Shown here: positions 34,859 to 44,011 of the stretch, piece after piece
How positions within the stretch are numbered: position 1 is the stretch's first letter
Layout of the letters: the number at the start of each line of letters is the position of its first letter
Origin: Defluviitaleaceae bacterium
GTDB taxonomy: Bacteria; Bacillota; Clostridia; Lachnospirales; WRAX01
Assembly (NCBI GenBank): GCA_009780485.1
Contig: WQZZ01000002.1
Location: 1 to 54,215, forward strand
Direction of reading: 5' to 3'
Length of the DNA stretch: 54,215 nucleotides
Program-made: the position numbers and the translations under genes
The notes under the pieces: model-generated
Database searches by the model: none
Told to the model about the DNA's origin: nothing
Seen by the model: the letters and a program-made list of their open reading frames with translations, nothing else

Positions 34859-35752
34859 TTAAGATGCTCCGAAGATGCTTTTTGATATTTGTTGGGTTTT
34901 TAGGAGAAGGATAATCATCATAACCGATACACCTGCATAAACGAACATCATCATTCCAATCCCTTCTGCGGATGGAGTTATAGGAATGAGTGCCATTGTA
35001 GCACCATTAAGAACGAGTACCATTATCATCAAAAACCCTTGGAAAGATGTTGCCACCAATGTTTTTATATAGTTATTGCCCACGCTACTCCATTCCCTGT
35101 TTATCAATGTTGCAAACGGGATTGGGGCAAGTGACATTTTCATCAAAATCAAAATCATTCTGTAAATCACAATAATCATAATTATCATCCGACAAGCCGT
35201 CATAATAAAACCCAAAAGAAAGCTGGTTATCCATAGAGAAGACAAAGTGGTTATAAAATAATAATTCCTAAGATTGTCTTCTAAGGCATCAAGCATTATA
35301 TCAAAATTTAGAGCCTCAATACCCATGCCTTCTTGTGCGAGGGTTACAGCTTCTGCACCTATGCCAAAAATCCAATTGACTATAGGAAATACATTAGTTA
35401 AGAGAAGTACGCCAATGAAGACCTTTACAAGCCACTTGAAAAGATGAGTGTAATCAAAATCCCTAAGTGTATTACCCTCTGACAGCATAGACATGAACTC
35501 ATATCCCACAATTAAAGCGAAAGCCACAAGAGCAATCGGCAAAATGGTGCTGTTAGCAAAATTTTCTATTATCCCAAAATGGTAGCCACCCAAAAAGTTT
35601 TCTGGTGTTTGAGCTAACATTTGTGCGGACTGCTCCACTTCATTTTCCCAATTAGCAAAAGCGTTTTCAACATTACTAACGATGCCTTGTATTAAGATGT
35701 CTTCTATCTCTGCAATGATGTCGTTGAATATCCTTTGTATAAAGTCCCCCAT
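34859..35752 (-). CDS. VirB6-like polytopic T4SS membrane protein (CD0415/CD1112-type)
   Basis: N-terminus MGDFIQRIFNDIIAEIEDILIQGIVSNVENAF followed by 5-6 TM helices, positioned between Maff2 and PrgI. Confidence 0.55.
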   Translation of the reverse strand: MGDFIQRIFNDIIAEIEDILIQGIVSNVENAFANWENEVEQSAQMLAQTPENFLGGYHFGIIENFANSTILPIALVAFALIVGYEFMSMLSEGNTLRDFDYTHLFKWLVKVFIGVLLLTNVFPIVNWIFGIGAEAVTLAQEGMGIEALNFDIMLDALEDNLRNYYFITTLSSLWITSFLLGFIMTACRMIIMIIVIYRMILILMKMSLAPIPFATLINREWSSVGNNYIKTLVATSFQGFLMIMVLVLNGATMALIPITPSAEGIGMMMFVYAGVSVMMIILLLKTQQISKSIFGAS

Positions 35753-35790
35753 TGGCGTACTTCCTCCTAAAAATCACTCATACTACTCTC

Positions 35791-36087
35791 TTACACCGTA
35801 AATATATCCCCTAACATAGGAATAATAAGCGCTCCCACAACCATAAGCCCAACGCCACCAATTACCTGCCATCTGCCTTGGCTGACCTTCGCACCATCAC
35901 CATCACCTTGACCATCAAACAACTTAACGATGCCAAAGCCTGATAACATACCGCCACCACCAACAACTATTGCTTGTAAGATGCTGATGATTTGTGTCCA
36001 CATTTGAAAACCTGCATCAGGGTTTACGGTCATTCCTGTTAGGGACATTGTGCCACTTAAAATTTCTTGTAGCGTAGATTGAAACAT
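35791..36087 (-). CDS. Maff2-family mobile-element protein
   Basis: Two glycine-rich TM segments (AIVVGGGGMLSGFGIVKLF ... VIGGVGLMVVGALIIPML). AGGAGGAAAG RBS places the start at ATG 36087. Confidence 0.65.
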   Translation of the reverse strand: MFQSTLQEILSGTMSLTGMTVNPDAGFQMWTQIISILQAIVVGGGGMLSGFGIVKLFDGQGDGDGAKVSQGRWQVIGGVGLMVVGALIIPMLGDIFTV

Positions 36088-36104
36088 AAAACTTTCCTCC
36101 TTTT

Positions 36105-37844
36105 TCACACAGTAGATTTATGTATTTTTGCTTGTGTGTTGTTTTTGGGCGGAACTCTCGCCCTTGGTCTGGGTGTTGCTTTTTGTTGTCGGGGTTTGGT
36201 GTTGCTACCCTTACTAGGCTTCTTTATGCCACCATTCATCATCCTATATACTGGATGTGTCGTCACATCAAACTTATCCGATAAAAACGGTGGAACACCT
36301 CTAAGGATTAGCAGACACTTGCCCCCATCCAGACGAGCCAGCTCGTCAGCAGTCATAAGTTCACGCCCAGTCTTTTTGTAACTTTTGCTAAAAGACCCGC
36401 TTTTGCCTTTGGTTTCAGAATTGTCCATCATGTCAATGGTTTCTTTACCCATAACTCTTGTGAGGTATTTAAGCGTTTCTTCATCGTCACCGCCAAGGAA
36501 AAGCTTTGTATCACAGTTGCCAATAATTGTGTTCATATGTTCTTTGTATACGGCTTTTAGTTGGCTAAGGTTTTGCAGTATTATACAGGCTGATATTTCA
36601 CGGCTTCTAATGGTGGCAATGAGCCTGTGAAAGTTAGGTATTTTGCCAAGATTTGCAAACTCGTCCAAGATACAGCGGACGTGGACTGGTAATCTTCCGT
36701 CACGAAATCTATATTTGCTCTCTGCACGGTTTACGAGAGTGGAGAACATTTGAAAGTAGAGCATGGTTGCTATAAAGCTGTAGGTGGAGTCCGTATCATC
36801 TGTAATAACGAAAAGGGCAGTTTTTCTATCGCCTATAGTTTCCAACTTCATTTCATCTTTTTCCATTACATCCCTAACCGCTTGGATGTCAAACACTGCA
36901 AGGCGTACACCGCATGAAATGATGATAGATTTTAGGGTCTTGCCAGCACCTTGCTTGAATTTTTTATATTGCCTTACAGAAAAGTCATCTGGGTACAGGT
37001 CTTCTATTCTCTCAAACTCTCTATCCACCATACTTTTGTAGTTCTCGTCCCCTTCTTTAACTTCCATGCTTGTAACCATTTCAACTAAGGTGTTCATGTT
37101 GTGCATGGTTTTGTCCTTTACATGAAATTTGATATATGCTATTAAAGCCATATACAAAAGCTTTTCGCTTTTTGTCCAAAAGTCTCCGTCATCACTGGAT
37201 TTAGTGTTTTCTGTAGTGCTACTCTGTAGAACATTTACAACTCGCAGTATATCGTCCTCGGTCTTTATGTAATCAAAAGGATTATAGCCCATAGAAGCAC
37301 CGAAATCCTTTAGGTTAAGCACACGCACGTCATATCCGCCCACCTTCTCCAAGACCTTACCTAGTGAATAAAAAAGCTCTCCTTTGGGGTCCGTTATTAC
37401 GTATGAGCTGTGCATTTGCATTATATTTGGGACGCAGAAGAAGCGAGTTTTACCAGAGCCAGCACCGCCAAATACCAGCATATTTTTATTGCGTCCATAC
37501 TTGGGGATGTCTGGTCGGCTGTTCATTGTTAGACCTTCTGTGGCAGTTAGGATTACATTTTGTCTGGGGTTTGTGTCCATGTATGGTTTCATGTCCTCAG
37601 ATGTACCCCATCGGGCAGAGCCGTGTTCTATACCACGTCTATATTTACGCTTGTCTTTACCCATGACCCTAATCGACACAAAGGCGGTGGCGGTTGCTCC
37701 AGCTAGAATGAAGTTATTGAACTGCACTAATTGCAGGGTAAAGTTGATATAAAATACCACAAAGGCAACCATTGCAAATATTATGGCGTTTGATATTATT
37801 TCTCTTTTTTGTTTTTCTTTTTTGTCTGTGGTTATGGTGTACAC
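36105..37844 (-). CDS. VirD4/TraG-type type IV coupling protein
   Basis: N-terminal TM helices, Walker A VFGGAGSGKTRFFCVPN and Walker B-like region ALFVITDD. Basic C-terminal tail. GTG start is uncertain. Confidence 0.9.
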   Translation of the reverse strand: MYTITTDKKEKQKREIISNAIIFAMVAFVVFYINFTLQLVQFNNFILAGATATAFVSIRVMGKDKRKYRRGIEHGSARWGTSEDMKPYMDTNPRQNVILTATEGLTMNSRPDIPKYGRNKNMLVFGGAGSGKTRFFCVPNIMQMHSSYVITDPKGELFYSLGKVLEKVGGYDVRVLNLKDFGASMGYNPFDYIKTEDDILRVVNVLQSSTTENTKSSDDGDFWTKSEKLLYMALIAYIKFHVKDKTMHNMNTLVEMVTSMEVKEGDENYKSMVDREFERIEDLYPDDFSVRQYKKFKQGAGKTLKSIIISCGVRLAVFDIQAVRDVMEKDEMKLETIGDRKTALFVITDDTDSTYSFIATMLYFQMFSTLVNRAESKYRFRDGRLPVHVRCILDEFANLGKIPNFHRLIATIRSREISACIILQNLSQLKAVYKEHMNTIIGNCDTKLFLGGDDEETLKYLTRVMGKETIDMMDNSETKGKSGSFSKSYKKTGRELMTADELARLDGGKCLLILRGVPPFLSDKFDVTTHPVYRMMNGGIKKPSKGSNTKPRQQKATPRPRARVPPKNNTQAKIHKSTV

Positions 37845-37896
37845 CCCCTTTTTGATTTTTTGCTTGTATATGGCTATAGTTTACAAGTTGATACCC

Positions 37897-38424
37897 TCAC
37901 GCATTTACCGTTGTTCCGTATGCAAGGAAAATGACAATCGTTAATACACTCAATATCAATATAAGTCTTATAATCGGCATGAAATATCTACCGTAAATTC
38001 CCCGAAACACCCACAAACCACCTTTCTTTCCTTTCTTGCCGTTACAACGAACACAACAGGCAACTAGATTTGAAATGTGGTTGACCCCATCGGGCAGGGT
38101 TTTGAAATGCTCCCTCAAATGCTTGGTATACTGCACCCTGCGGATGGAATGGATGTGGTCAACAACGATTTTAGGCTTGTCCCACATGACACGCCCGCAG
38201 TATGGACAAAAGTATAGACTTTCAAAGGCTTTGTTCGGGAATACTTTCAAAAGGAAGCCTTGTACGGAGGGTGGTATTTGCCAACCCTTATCATGCTCGA
38301 AGTATCGCCGTCTGTAGTCGTGACTACGTTTTAGGGTCTTTGTTCGTTCTATGTAAGGTTTTTTATTCACGATGTCCACCTTGCTCATGTGACCCAGCAG
38401 GTTTTGTATGAGTAAGTTGACCAT
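37897..38424 (-). CDS. HNH endonuclease with a C-terminal transmembrane anchor
   Basis: CPYCG ... VVDHIHSIRR ... NHISNLVACCVRCNGKKG gives the HNH/Zn-finger pattern. C-terminus FMPIIRLILILSVLTIVIFLAYG is hydrophobic. No clear RBS. Confidence 0.65.
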   Translation of the reverse strand: MVNLLIQNLLGHMSKVDIVNKKPYIERTKTLKRSHDYRRRYFEHDKGWQIPPSVQGFLLKVFPNKAFESLYFCPYCGRVMWDKPKIVVDHIHSIRRVQYTKHLREHFKTLPDGVNHISNLVACCVRCNGKKGKKGGLWVFRGIYGRYFMPIIRLILILSVLTIVIFLAYGTTVNA

Positions 38425-38507
38425 CGTTTATAAATATGGTACAATCGCAATTAGGGTTAGGGAGTACGTAATTCCGCATTTTACCCCTAGGAGGAGAATG
38501 TACAAAG

Positions 38508-39230
38508 ATGATGTTTTTGGATGTCCAAGATTTAGATGAGTTTTTTTCTTTGTTTTTGCAAGAGGTGGAACGCTTGCCCCTAAATAGAAGACGTGACTGC
38601 AAAAACACCTTAACTGAATACATAAACTTTTTCAACGCAATACCTCCTACGTATTATAAACTCGAATACCGCCGTAAATTTGAAGTGACCGTCTATACGG
38701 AGCGACCTTTTTATACTATACGCTGGTGTGAAAAGACATTAAATGACCTTGCAACAAGCAATCCTCAACACAAAACACGTATAAAGGTTGAAAAATGTAA
38801 GGAATTGGTGGACGCTGATATTTTACAAAACCCAAAGCAACTACAATTCATACCAAGTAAAGGAGCAATAATAATCGGTGATACATCAACTATATTCCCT
38901 ACATGTCCTCTTACAATCCTTGACGGAAATCATCGCTTCGCAAAGGCTGTATACGATAAAGCTGAATATATAGAAGCTTATTTTCTCCATCCTTGTATTC
39001 ACACAGAAGCGATTAGCAATGAATACATCAAAGCACTCTATAAGACACACAGCAATTGCTTGTTGACTTTGATGTATTATTCAGGCGTAATGAAAGCGGA
39101 CGAGGTGAAAAAAGGAATTCTTTTTCTTGATGGGTTATCCGACCCCCTAAGCAGCAGTCTCCAGAAAATTGGTAGTGATAAGAGGTTATCTACTATACTA
39201 AGGAACTTTTTCAGCAGACCAAGACACTAG
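38508..39230 (+). CDS. hypothetical protein with a ParB/Srx-like DGNHR motif
   Basis: AGGAGGAG RBS. IKVEKCKELV ... PLTILDGNHRFAKAVYDKAEYIEAYFL resembles the ParB N-terminal/sulfiredoxin-fold core (DGxHR). It is the only plus-strand gene inside the transfer region. Confidence 0.45.
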   Translation: MMFLDVQDLDEFFSLFLQEVERLPLNRRRDCKNTLTEYINFFNAIPPTYYKLEYRRKFEVTVYTERPFYTIRWCEKTLNDLATSNPQHKTRIKVEKCKELVDADILQNPKQLQFIPSKGAIIIGDTSTIFPTCPLTILDGNHRFAKAVYDKAEYIEAYFLHPCIHTEAISNEYIKALYKTHSNCLLTLMYYSGVMKADEVKKGILFLDGLSDPLSSSLQKIGSDKRLSTILRNFFSRPRH

Positions 39231-39296
39231 GTTTGCTTTATCGATGCTTTCGTTTCATGCCACAATATTCCTAACGGTTATATGTTGCATTGTATT

Positions 39297-39827
39297 TCAA
39301 AATGGTAAATTATCATCAGCGAGGCTGTTATCAACTTCATAAAAAGTATCGTTGGGCGATGTGTCGTCTTGGCTTTGGCTTTGAGGTTGGGTGTGAGATT
39401 GACTTTGGGGATTGGAATTATTATCACTTTGTGAAGAAGAAACATCAGTATCGTTTTGGTTATTGTTGGCACTTTCATTTCTGCCCTCAAAACTAGCACG
39501 GCTTTCTGCAAAGAAATGTTCGTTGGTGATTACCTCTGTAACCCAACGGCGATTACCTCCTTGGTCGTCATAATTACGCACCTGTATTCTTCCAACAACG
39601 CTGACTAATTGTCCCTTTTGATAGAACTTTGCAACAAACTCCGCATCCTTGCCGAAGCAAGTGCAGTTGATGAAGTCAGCGGATTGTTCGCCAGCATCTT
39701 TTCTTTCACGGCTTATTTGCCTGTCTACAGCTAAAGTGTAGCGAACTACAGCAATTGGATTTGCTCCTGCACTGTAACGTATTTCTGGGTCACGGGCTAG
39801 TCTGCCCATTAGGATTATTTTGTTCAT
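39297..39827 (-). CDS. ssb: single-stranded DNA-binding protein
   Basis: MNKIILMGRLARDPEIRY ... OB fold, Q/S/N-rich linker and acidic tip DDNLPF. Confidence 0.9.
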   Translation of the reverse strand: MNKIILMGRLARDPEIRYSAGANPIAVVRYTLAVDRQISRERKDAGEQSADFINCTCFGKDAEFVAKFYQKGQLVSVVGRIQVRNYDDQGGNRRWVTEVITNEHFFAESRASFEGRNESANNNQNDTDVSSSQSDNNSNPQSQSHTQPQSQSQDDTSPNDTFYEVDNSLADDNLPF

Positions 39828-39876
39828 GGTGGTCAGCCTCCTAGTTTAATGAAATGGCTTAAATTTGTTGTTTTTG

Positions 39877-40386
39877 CTAAAATTGTTTCTGTATTAGGAC
39901 TTTGCAAATATCACGTTGTGTACATAATTCGCATAGTGCCTTGGTGTTGGGATACATCTTGCAAGGTTCACCGCTAATGAACGACCAATAGTCGATGTCC
40001 AAGTTGTTCAGGTTGTCTATCGGTTTTATTTTAAGAGTGAACCTTTCATCCTTAGTGTATCTGTACTCCACTCTACGAAAGTTAAACTCTTTGTTGTAAA
40101 CAGGGTGTTGCTCTAGCCAGTAAAACAAAATTTCTTCAAATTTTTCTGTAAATGCAATGGGTTCGTGGATAGTTCTGCTAGAATAGTGGTGACGATAATG
40201 AACACCCGCAATCATGTCATGCGGTATTTGTTTATTGAAAACAACCTTGATGAAGTCCAAAACGGCTTCTTTGCTGACTTCTTTTTTCTTTTGTATTTTC
40301 ATCGTTTCTACACGGTGTTTAATATATATCCATACAGAACATGTCGCTATTGCCAGTGTTATGGTTACCCAATAAAGTACCAACAA
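39877..40386 (-). CDS. hypothetical protein with N-terminal TM helix (169 aa)
   Basis: TTG start after AAGGGGG. No recognisable motif. Confidence 0.45.
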   Translation of the reverse strand: MLVLYWVTITLAIATCSVWIYIKHRVETMKIQKKKEVSKEAVLDFIKVVFNKQIPHDMIAGVHYRHHYSSRTIHEPIAFTEKFEEILFYWLEQHPVYNKEFNFRRVEYRYTKDERFTLKIKPIDNLNNLDIDYWSFISGEPCKMYPNTKALCELCTQRDICKVLIQKQF

Positions 40387-40397
40387 TCAAAACCCCC

Positions 40398-40526
40398 TTA
40401 GTCTTCTTGGTCTGCATTGACATCGCCGTCATCCGCATTGTCACAATCACTGCCATTTTCTAGGCAGGATATATCATTGATATTGCGTCCTAATGCTCTT
40501 GTGTATATAAATCTAGGTAATTTCAT
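40398..40526 (-). CDS. 42-aa ORF with a strongly acidic C-terminal half
   Basis: GGAGGGTG RBS, MKLPRFIYTRALGRNINDISCLENGSDCDNADDGDVNADQED-stop. Fills the gap between neighbouring genes. Below the ORF-track cutoff. Confidence 0.35.
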   Translation of the reverse strand: MKLPRFIYTRALGRNINDISCLENGSDCDNADDGDVNADQED

Positions 40527-40528
40527 AG

Positions 40529-40909
40529 TCAATCACCCTCCTTTTCCTTGTTATTTTGTTTTTCTATAATTAAAAACCATAAAATTACAATCGAAATAGT
40601 GAGAAAAATCACCGATATTACAAGAGATGTGTTTTTAATGGCTTCGGAAGCAACCAACCTAGCTGAAACTCCCATGGCGACGTACACGGCTGTTGAAAAA
40701 ATGCACCCTTGACGCAATATTTTGTATACCTCTTTTCTCTTCTTTGGTGGCAAGCACCAATTTCCGCCATTTAAGTAACGTACTTGTTCGGATGCGGTTT
40801 CCTCTGTTGAGAAGACACAATCAAGTCGGTTGAACTCCCCATTTGGTTCAAAGAAACCAACTTCATAAACCGTGTTTTGTTTTGTCTGCGACTTTCTGTA
40901 AACCCACAT
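40529..40909 (-). CDS. hypothetical protein, small N-terminal domain plus two C-terminal TM helices
   Basis: VYEVGFFEPNGEFNRLDCVFSTEETASEQVRYLNGG followed by two hydrophobic segments. Confidence 0.5.
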   Translation of the reverse strand: MWVYRKSQTKQNTVYEVGFFEPNGEFNRLDCVFSTEETASEQVRYLNGGNWCLPPKKRKEVYKILRQGCIFSTAVYVAMGVSARLVASEAIKNTSLVISVIFLTISIVILWFLIIEKQNNKEKEGD

Positions 40910-40929
40910 TTTCTATCCTCCCCCCTCTG

Positions 40930-43452
40930 TTATCTCCCAGATAGTTCTGGTGGTGGCGGTGTGTTAGGTGTTGGGGCGGATAACCCCTTATCTTGTTGAT
41001 TTTGTTTGCCAAATCCCATTTGCTCCGCCTTATTGATTTGTTTATTAAATTCTTTATTGAATTTCTTGTAATCTCGTCCCATCTTAAAAGGGATACTATG
41101 GTCAACTGTATTGGTGGTGACATGATGCTTGTCACTCCATCCCTTTGCAAAGACCAGTTTTTCAGCTATATTTTCATGGTGGCGACGAAGGTTGTTTGGT
41201 TCACGTAGTTGGGCTTGTTTGGCTAGTGCATCGGGGTTTATTAATTCTTTGACCCTTGTTAGCTCTGCTGGGTCTTTTGGTTCAAATTTTTGTATGCTGT
41301 AATCAAGTAGCCCGTTGTTGTTTCTGCTACCTTCGTAGGTGACAGAATAGACATCGTTATTGATGTTGTAAAATGCCATGTTGTGGCTGACAAGGGCTGG
41401 TGGGTGGAAGCTTGTGTTGGTGGTTCTGTCGTTGCCTTTGTCGTTGTCCTTGTAATTATCGGTATATCTGCCCTCATCAGTACCGCTGGATATTCCAGCC
41501 CCTCCATAACGTGCAGTATTTCTCTTATCCACCAAAACATCATTAAAGTCTTTAATGGGTCTGGTATCTGGGTTTGAAATATCGTTCCAATCCCTAATTA
41601 CCCCTACCTGCGGTGGTTTATATTCCACCGTATATTTGTCTGGATATTTCTGGTTTAACTGGCTCATAATCCGATGTGCAGCGTCTTGTCCTGCTTTGTC
41701 GTTATCGAGGTTTAAGACAATTTTGTCAATGTTGGGATGTTGTTTTAGGTAGGTTTCAAGCCCTAATGAGGACGTACCCCCAAGGGATATTCTGTGTACA
41801 CAATTCCAGTGTTGTCCAATTTTTGGGTTTTGTTTGTCTAGTGTTGCTTTGGACATGGCATCAATAGGAGATTCTGTCACAAAGACTATCTTTGAGATGT
41901 CTTTGTGTTGCTCTTTGATTGGTATAACGAAAGGCACGGACTTAGTGCTATTGGTGGCTTCGCCTATAAATTTTTTGTCTGTATTATCCTTTGTTCCTCT
42001 CAGGGAGGCATATTTGGCAACACCATCTTGGTCAAAGCCAACAAAAACGGCGTTGTTGTGGGGTTTACTTTGATATAAAACCTTTTGCTCAAAGCAATAA
42101 TTTACAATATCCTCGTCTATGGCTCTATTTTCTGTGAGATAATCCGTCACGGCTGTGCGACCCCAACTGGCTTTGGGTAATTCAATCGGACCTTTTGGTT
42201 CGGGTGGTTCGGGTGGGTGTGGTTCTTGAGGTTTAGGGGCTTGGTTAAGGTTGCTATCCACATTGCTTTTAGGTGTATGTTGGGGCTGTCCAGAGTGTGT
42301 CGTTTGGGATTGGTTGGACTTGACTGTTTCCGCATAGTTAGGCGTTAGATACTTTACTGCATCTACGAAGTTGTACCCTCGCACCTTAGACATAAAATCT
42401 AGGGCAGTTTTTCCGCTTATGTCCCTAGAGTGCCATTTCCAAGCATAACCACCATCTTTTGAAGGGAAGATTTTCAGGCTGTCATGGTCTTTTAGTTTGT
42501 ATGTATCTGCACTATGACGGGTTATGTTGTCGGGTTCGTTGGTTTTTATGTAATCTAGTACACATACAGAACGAGCTTCGTCTCTACGTGCTTCACTAAC
42601 GAATTTGTCGTTGACTTTACTGTTGGTTTTACTGTTGGTCTTACTACTGACAGTGCCAGTGTTGTTGTGGCTTGATTTTTGCTCTTGCTTAGGTTGCTGG
42701 ATTTGTTCTTGGTTTGGTTCTTGTCGGGGTTGTGTGTCATTTTTTGGATTGGGTTGTGCGGGTTGTGGTTGAATTGATGAATGTGATGGATAGTCTGGAT
42801 AGTTTGAGTGGTCAGGGTAGTACGGGTATTCCTTGGATTGGGATTGCTTTGAGTATTGTGATATTTGTTGCTCATAAGACCATAGTGCGTCATCCCAAGG
42901 GTCTTGTGTGGAATGGTTATTTTGGTTGGGGTTGGGTTGGGGTGCTGTTTGCTCGTGTTGGTCGGAATTAGACAAAGGTGCTGTTTGCTCGTGTTGTAGG
43001 GGTGTAGAGGATGTAGAGGATTGCTCTGCTTGTGATTGTATTTGTGATTGGGTGTGGTGGATGTGTTCTGGATTGGTTTGTTGTGGAGTTTGGTGCAAAG
43101 ATGTATTTGCCAGTGTCTGCTGTTCTGCGGTTGATGAGGATTGATTTGTCTGCCCTAAGGTTTGATTTTGACCTTCCATGCCCTTTTGGGCGTTAAAACC
43201 CTCTAAAACTGCCCTGTCAATCGCTTTGCGAAGTTCTGCCGTGGCAGGGAAAGCAATGTCGTAATATTTACCGTCAGACCCCTTGCTTTGGGGCATGGCT
43301 ACAAAGTTGCCTTTTGCACCACTCATCACACGTACACCGTTTATGGCTATTAGATTGTTTATGGTGATGTTGGCAAAGGCTAGGGTGCTGTTTTTGGGGC
43401 TTAGAATTGGGTTGATTTTTACGTCTATTTGGAATTGTTGGGGTTGGGTCAT
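40930..43452 (-). CDS. fusion protein: N-terminal SpoVG-like domain, ~200-aa low-complexity linker, DUF3991/Toprim primase-like region, C-terminal domain
   Basis: Residues ~1-90 (LAFANITINNLIAINGVRVMSGAKGNFVAMPQSKGSDGKYYDIAFPATAELRKAI) match SpoVG. VTDYLTENRAIDEDIVNYCFEQKVLYQS ... AVFVGFD is DUF3991-like. VFVTESPIDAMS ... LNLDNDKAGQDAA is Toprim. Confidence 0.75.
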   Translation of the reverse strand: MTQPQQFQIDVKINPILSPKNSTLAFANITINNLIAINGVRVMSGAKGNFVAMPQSKGSDGKYYDIAFPATAELRKAIDRAVLEGFNAQKGMEGQNQTLGQTNQSSSTAEQQTLANTSLHQTPQQTNPEHIHHTQSQIQSQAEQSSTSSTPLQHEQTAPLSNSDQHEQTAPQPNPNQNNHSTQDPWDDALWSYEQQISQYSKQSQSKEYPYYPDHSNYPDYPSHSSIQPQPAQPNPKNDTQPRQEPNQEQIQQPKQEQKSSHNNTGTVSSKTNSKTNSKVNDKFVSEARRDEARSVCVLDYIKTNEPDNITRHSADTYKLKDHDSLKIFPSKDGGYAWKWHSRDISGKTALDFMSKVRGYNFVDAVKYLTPNYAETVKSNQSQTTHSGQPQHTPKSNVDSNLNQAPKPQEPHPPEPPEPKGPIELPKASWGRTAVTDYLTENRAIDEDIVNYCFEQKVLYQSKPHNNAVFVGFDQDGVAKYASLRGTKDNTDKKFIGEATNSTKSVPFVIPIKEQHKDISKIVFVTESPIDAMSKATLDKQNPKIGQHWNCVHRISLGGTSSLGLETYLKQHPNIDKIVLNLDNDKAGQDAAHRIMSQLNQKYPDKYTVEYKPPQVGVIRDWNDISNPDTRPIKDFNDVLVDKRNTARYGGAGISSGTDEGRYTDNYKDNDKGNDRTTNTSFHPPALVSHNMAFYNINNDVYSVTYEGSRNNNGLLDYSIQKFEPKDPAELTRVKELINPDALAKQAQLREPNNLRRHHENIAEKLVFAKGWSDKHHVTTNTVDHSIPFKMGRDYKKFNKEFNKQINKAEQMGFGKQNQQDKGLSAPTPNTPPPPELSGR

Positions 43453-43582
43453 GGCGTGTCCCTCCTTTCTATGTTTTTTGTATTTTCTATAAATTGTCTT
43501 GATGTGCTTTTCACTTAAAGACTTTACTGGGTGAAAGAAAAAAGCTTGGGTGGTGCTGTGTGTTGTGGTGTAGTGCAGTAGA

Positions 43583-43789
43583 TTAAGCTTGTGCCTGTGC
43601 GATTACCTTTTGTAGTTCTGCATGGTTGCTGGGTAATTCTCCGTATTTGTTTTTGTGGTATTCGATATATTTTTTGGCGAACACAGGGTCTTTGTAGGCT
43701 GATTGGATTGTGTCGATTAGTGGACGGCATAGGGTTCGTATCACGTGGGGTGGTATGGTTTTGGTGTTGATTTTTACAGGATATTTCAT
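43583..43789 (-). CDS. hypothetical protein (68 aa)
   Basis: Tightly packed after the upstream ORF. No motif. Confidence 0.45.
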   Translation of the reverse strand: MKYPVKINTKTIPPHVIRTLCRPLIDTIQSAYKDPVFAKKYIEYHKNKYGELPSNHAELQKVIAQAQA

Positions 43790-43792
43790 GGG

Positions 43793-44011
43793 TTAGCCTC
43801 CTGATGGTGATAGTGTCATCTGAATAGCATCTGCTGAGTGAGTTGGCGTAGGTTTAGGGTTTCTATTTGCACGCTCATATCCGTCAATATATCCCTCTAA
43901 CCTGCTGGCGACCCGCTCCTGTTCTTTTTGGGGGAGTTGTGACATCATAATAACGGTTTTGTAAATGGGGTGTTCCTTGTTTAGTAGTGTTTTGGATTGG
44001 TTACTTTGCAC
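43793..44011 (-). CDS. hypothetical protein (72 aa, GTG start; could start at an internal ATG)
   Basis: Start overlaps the upstream small ORF. No motif. Confidence 0.4.
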   Translation of the reverse strand: MQSNQSKTLLNKEHPIYKTVIMMSQLPQKEQERVASRLEGYIDGYERANRNPKPTPTHSADAIQMTLSPSGG

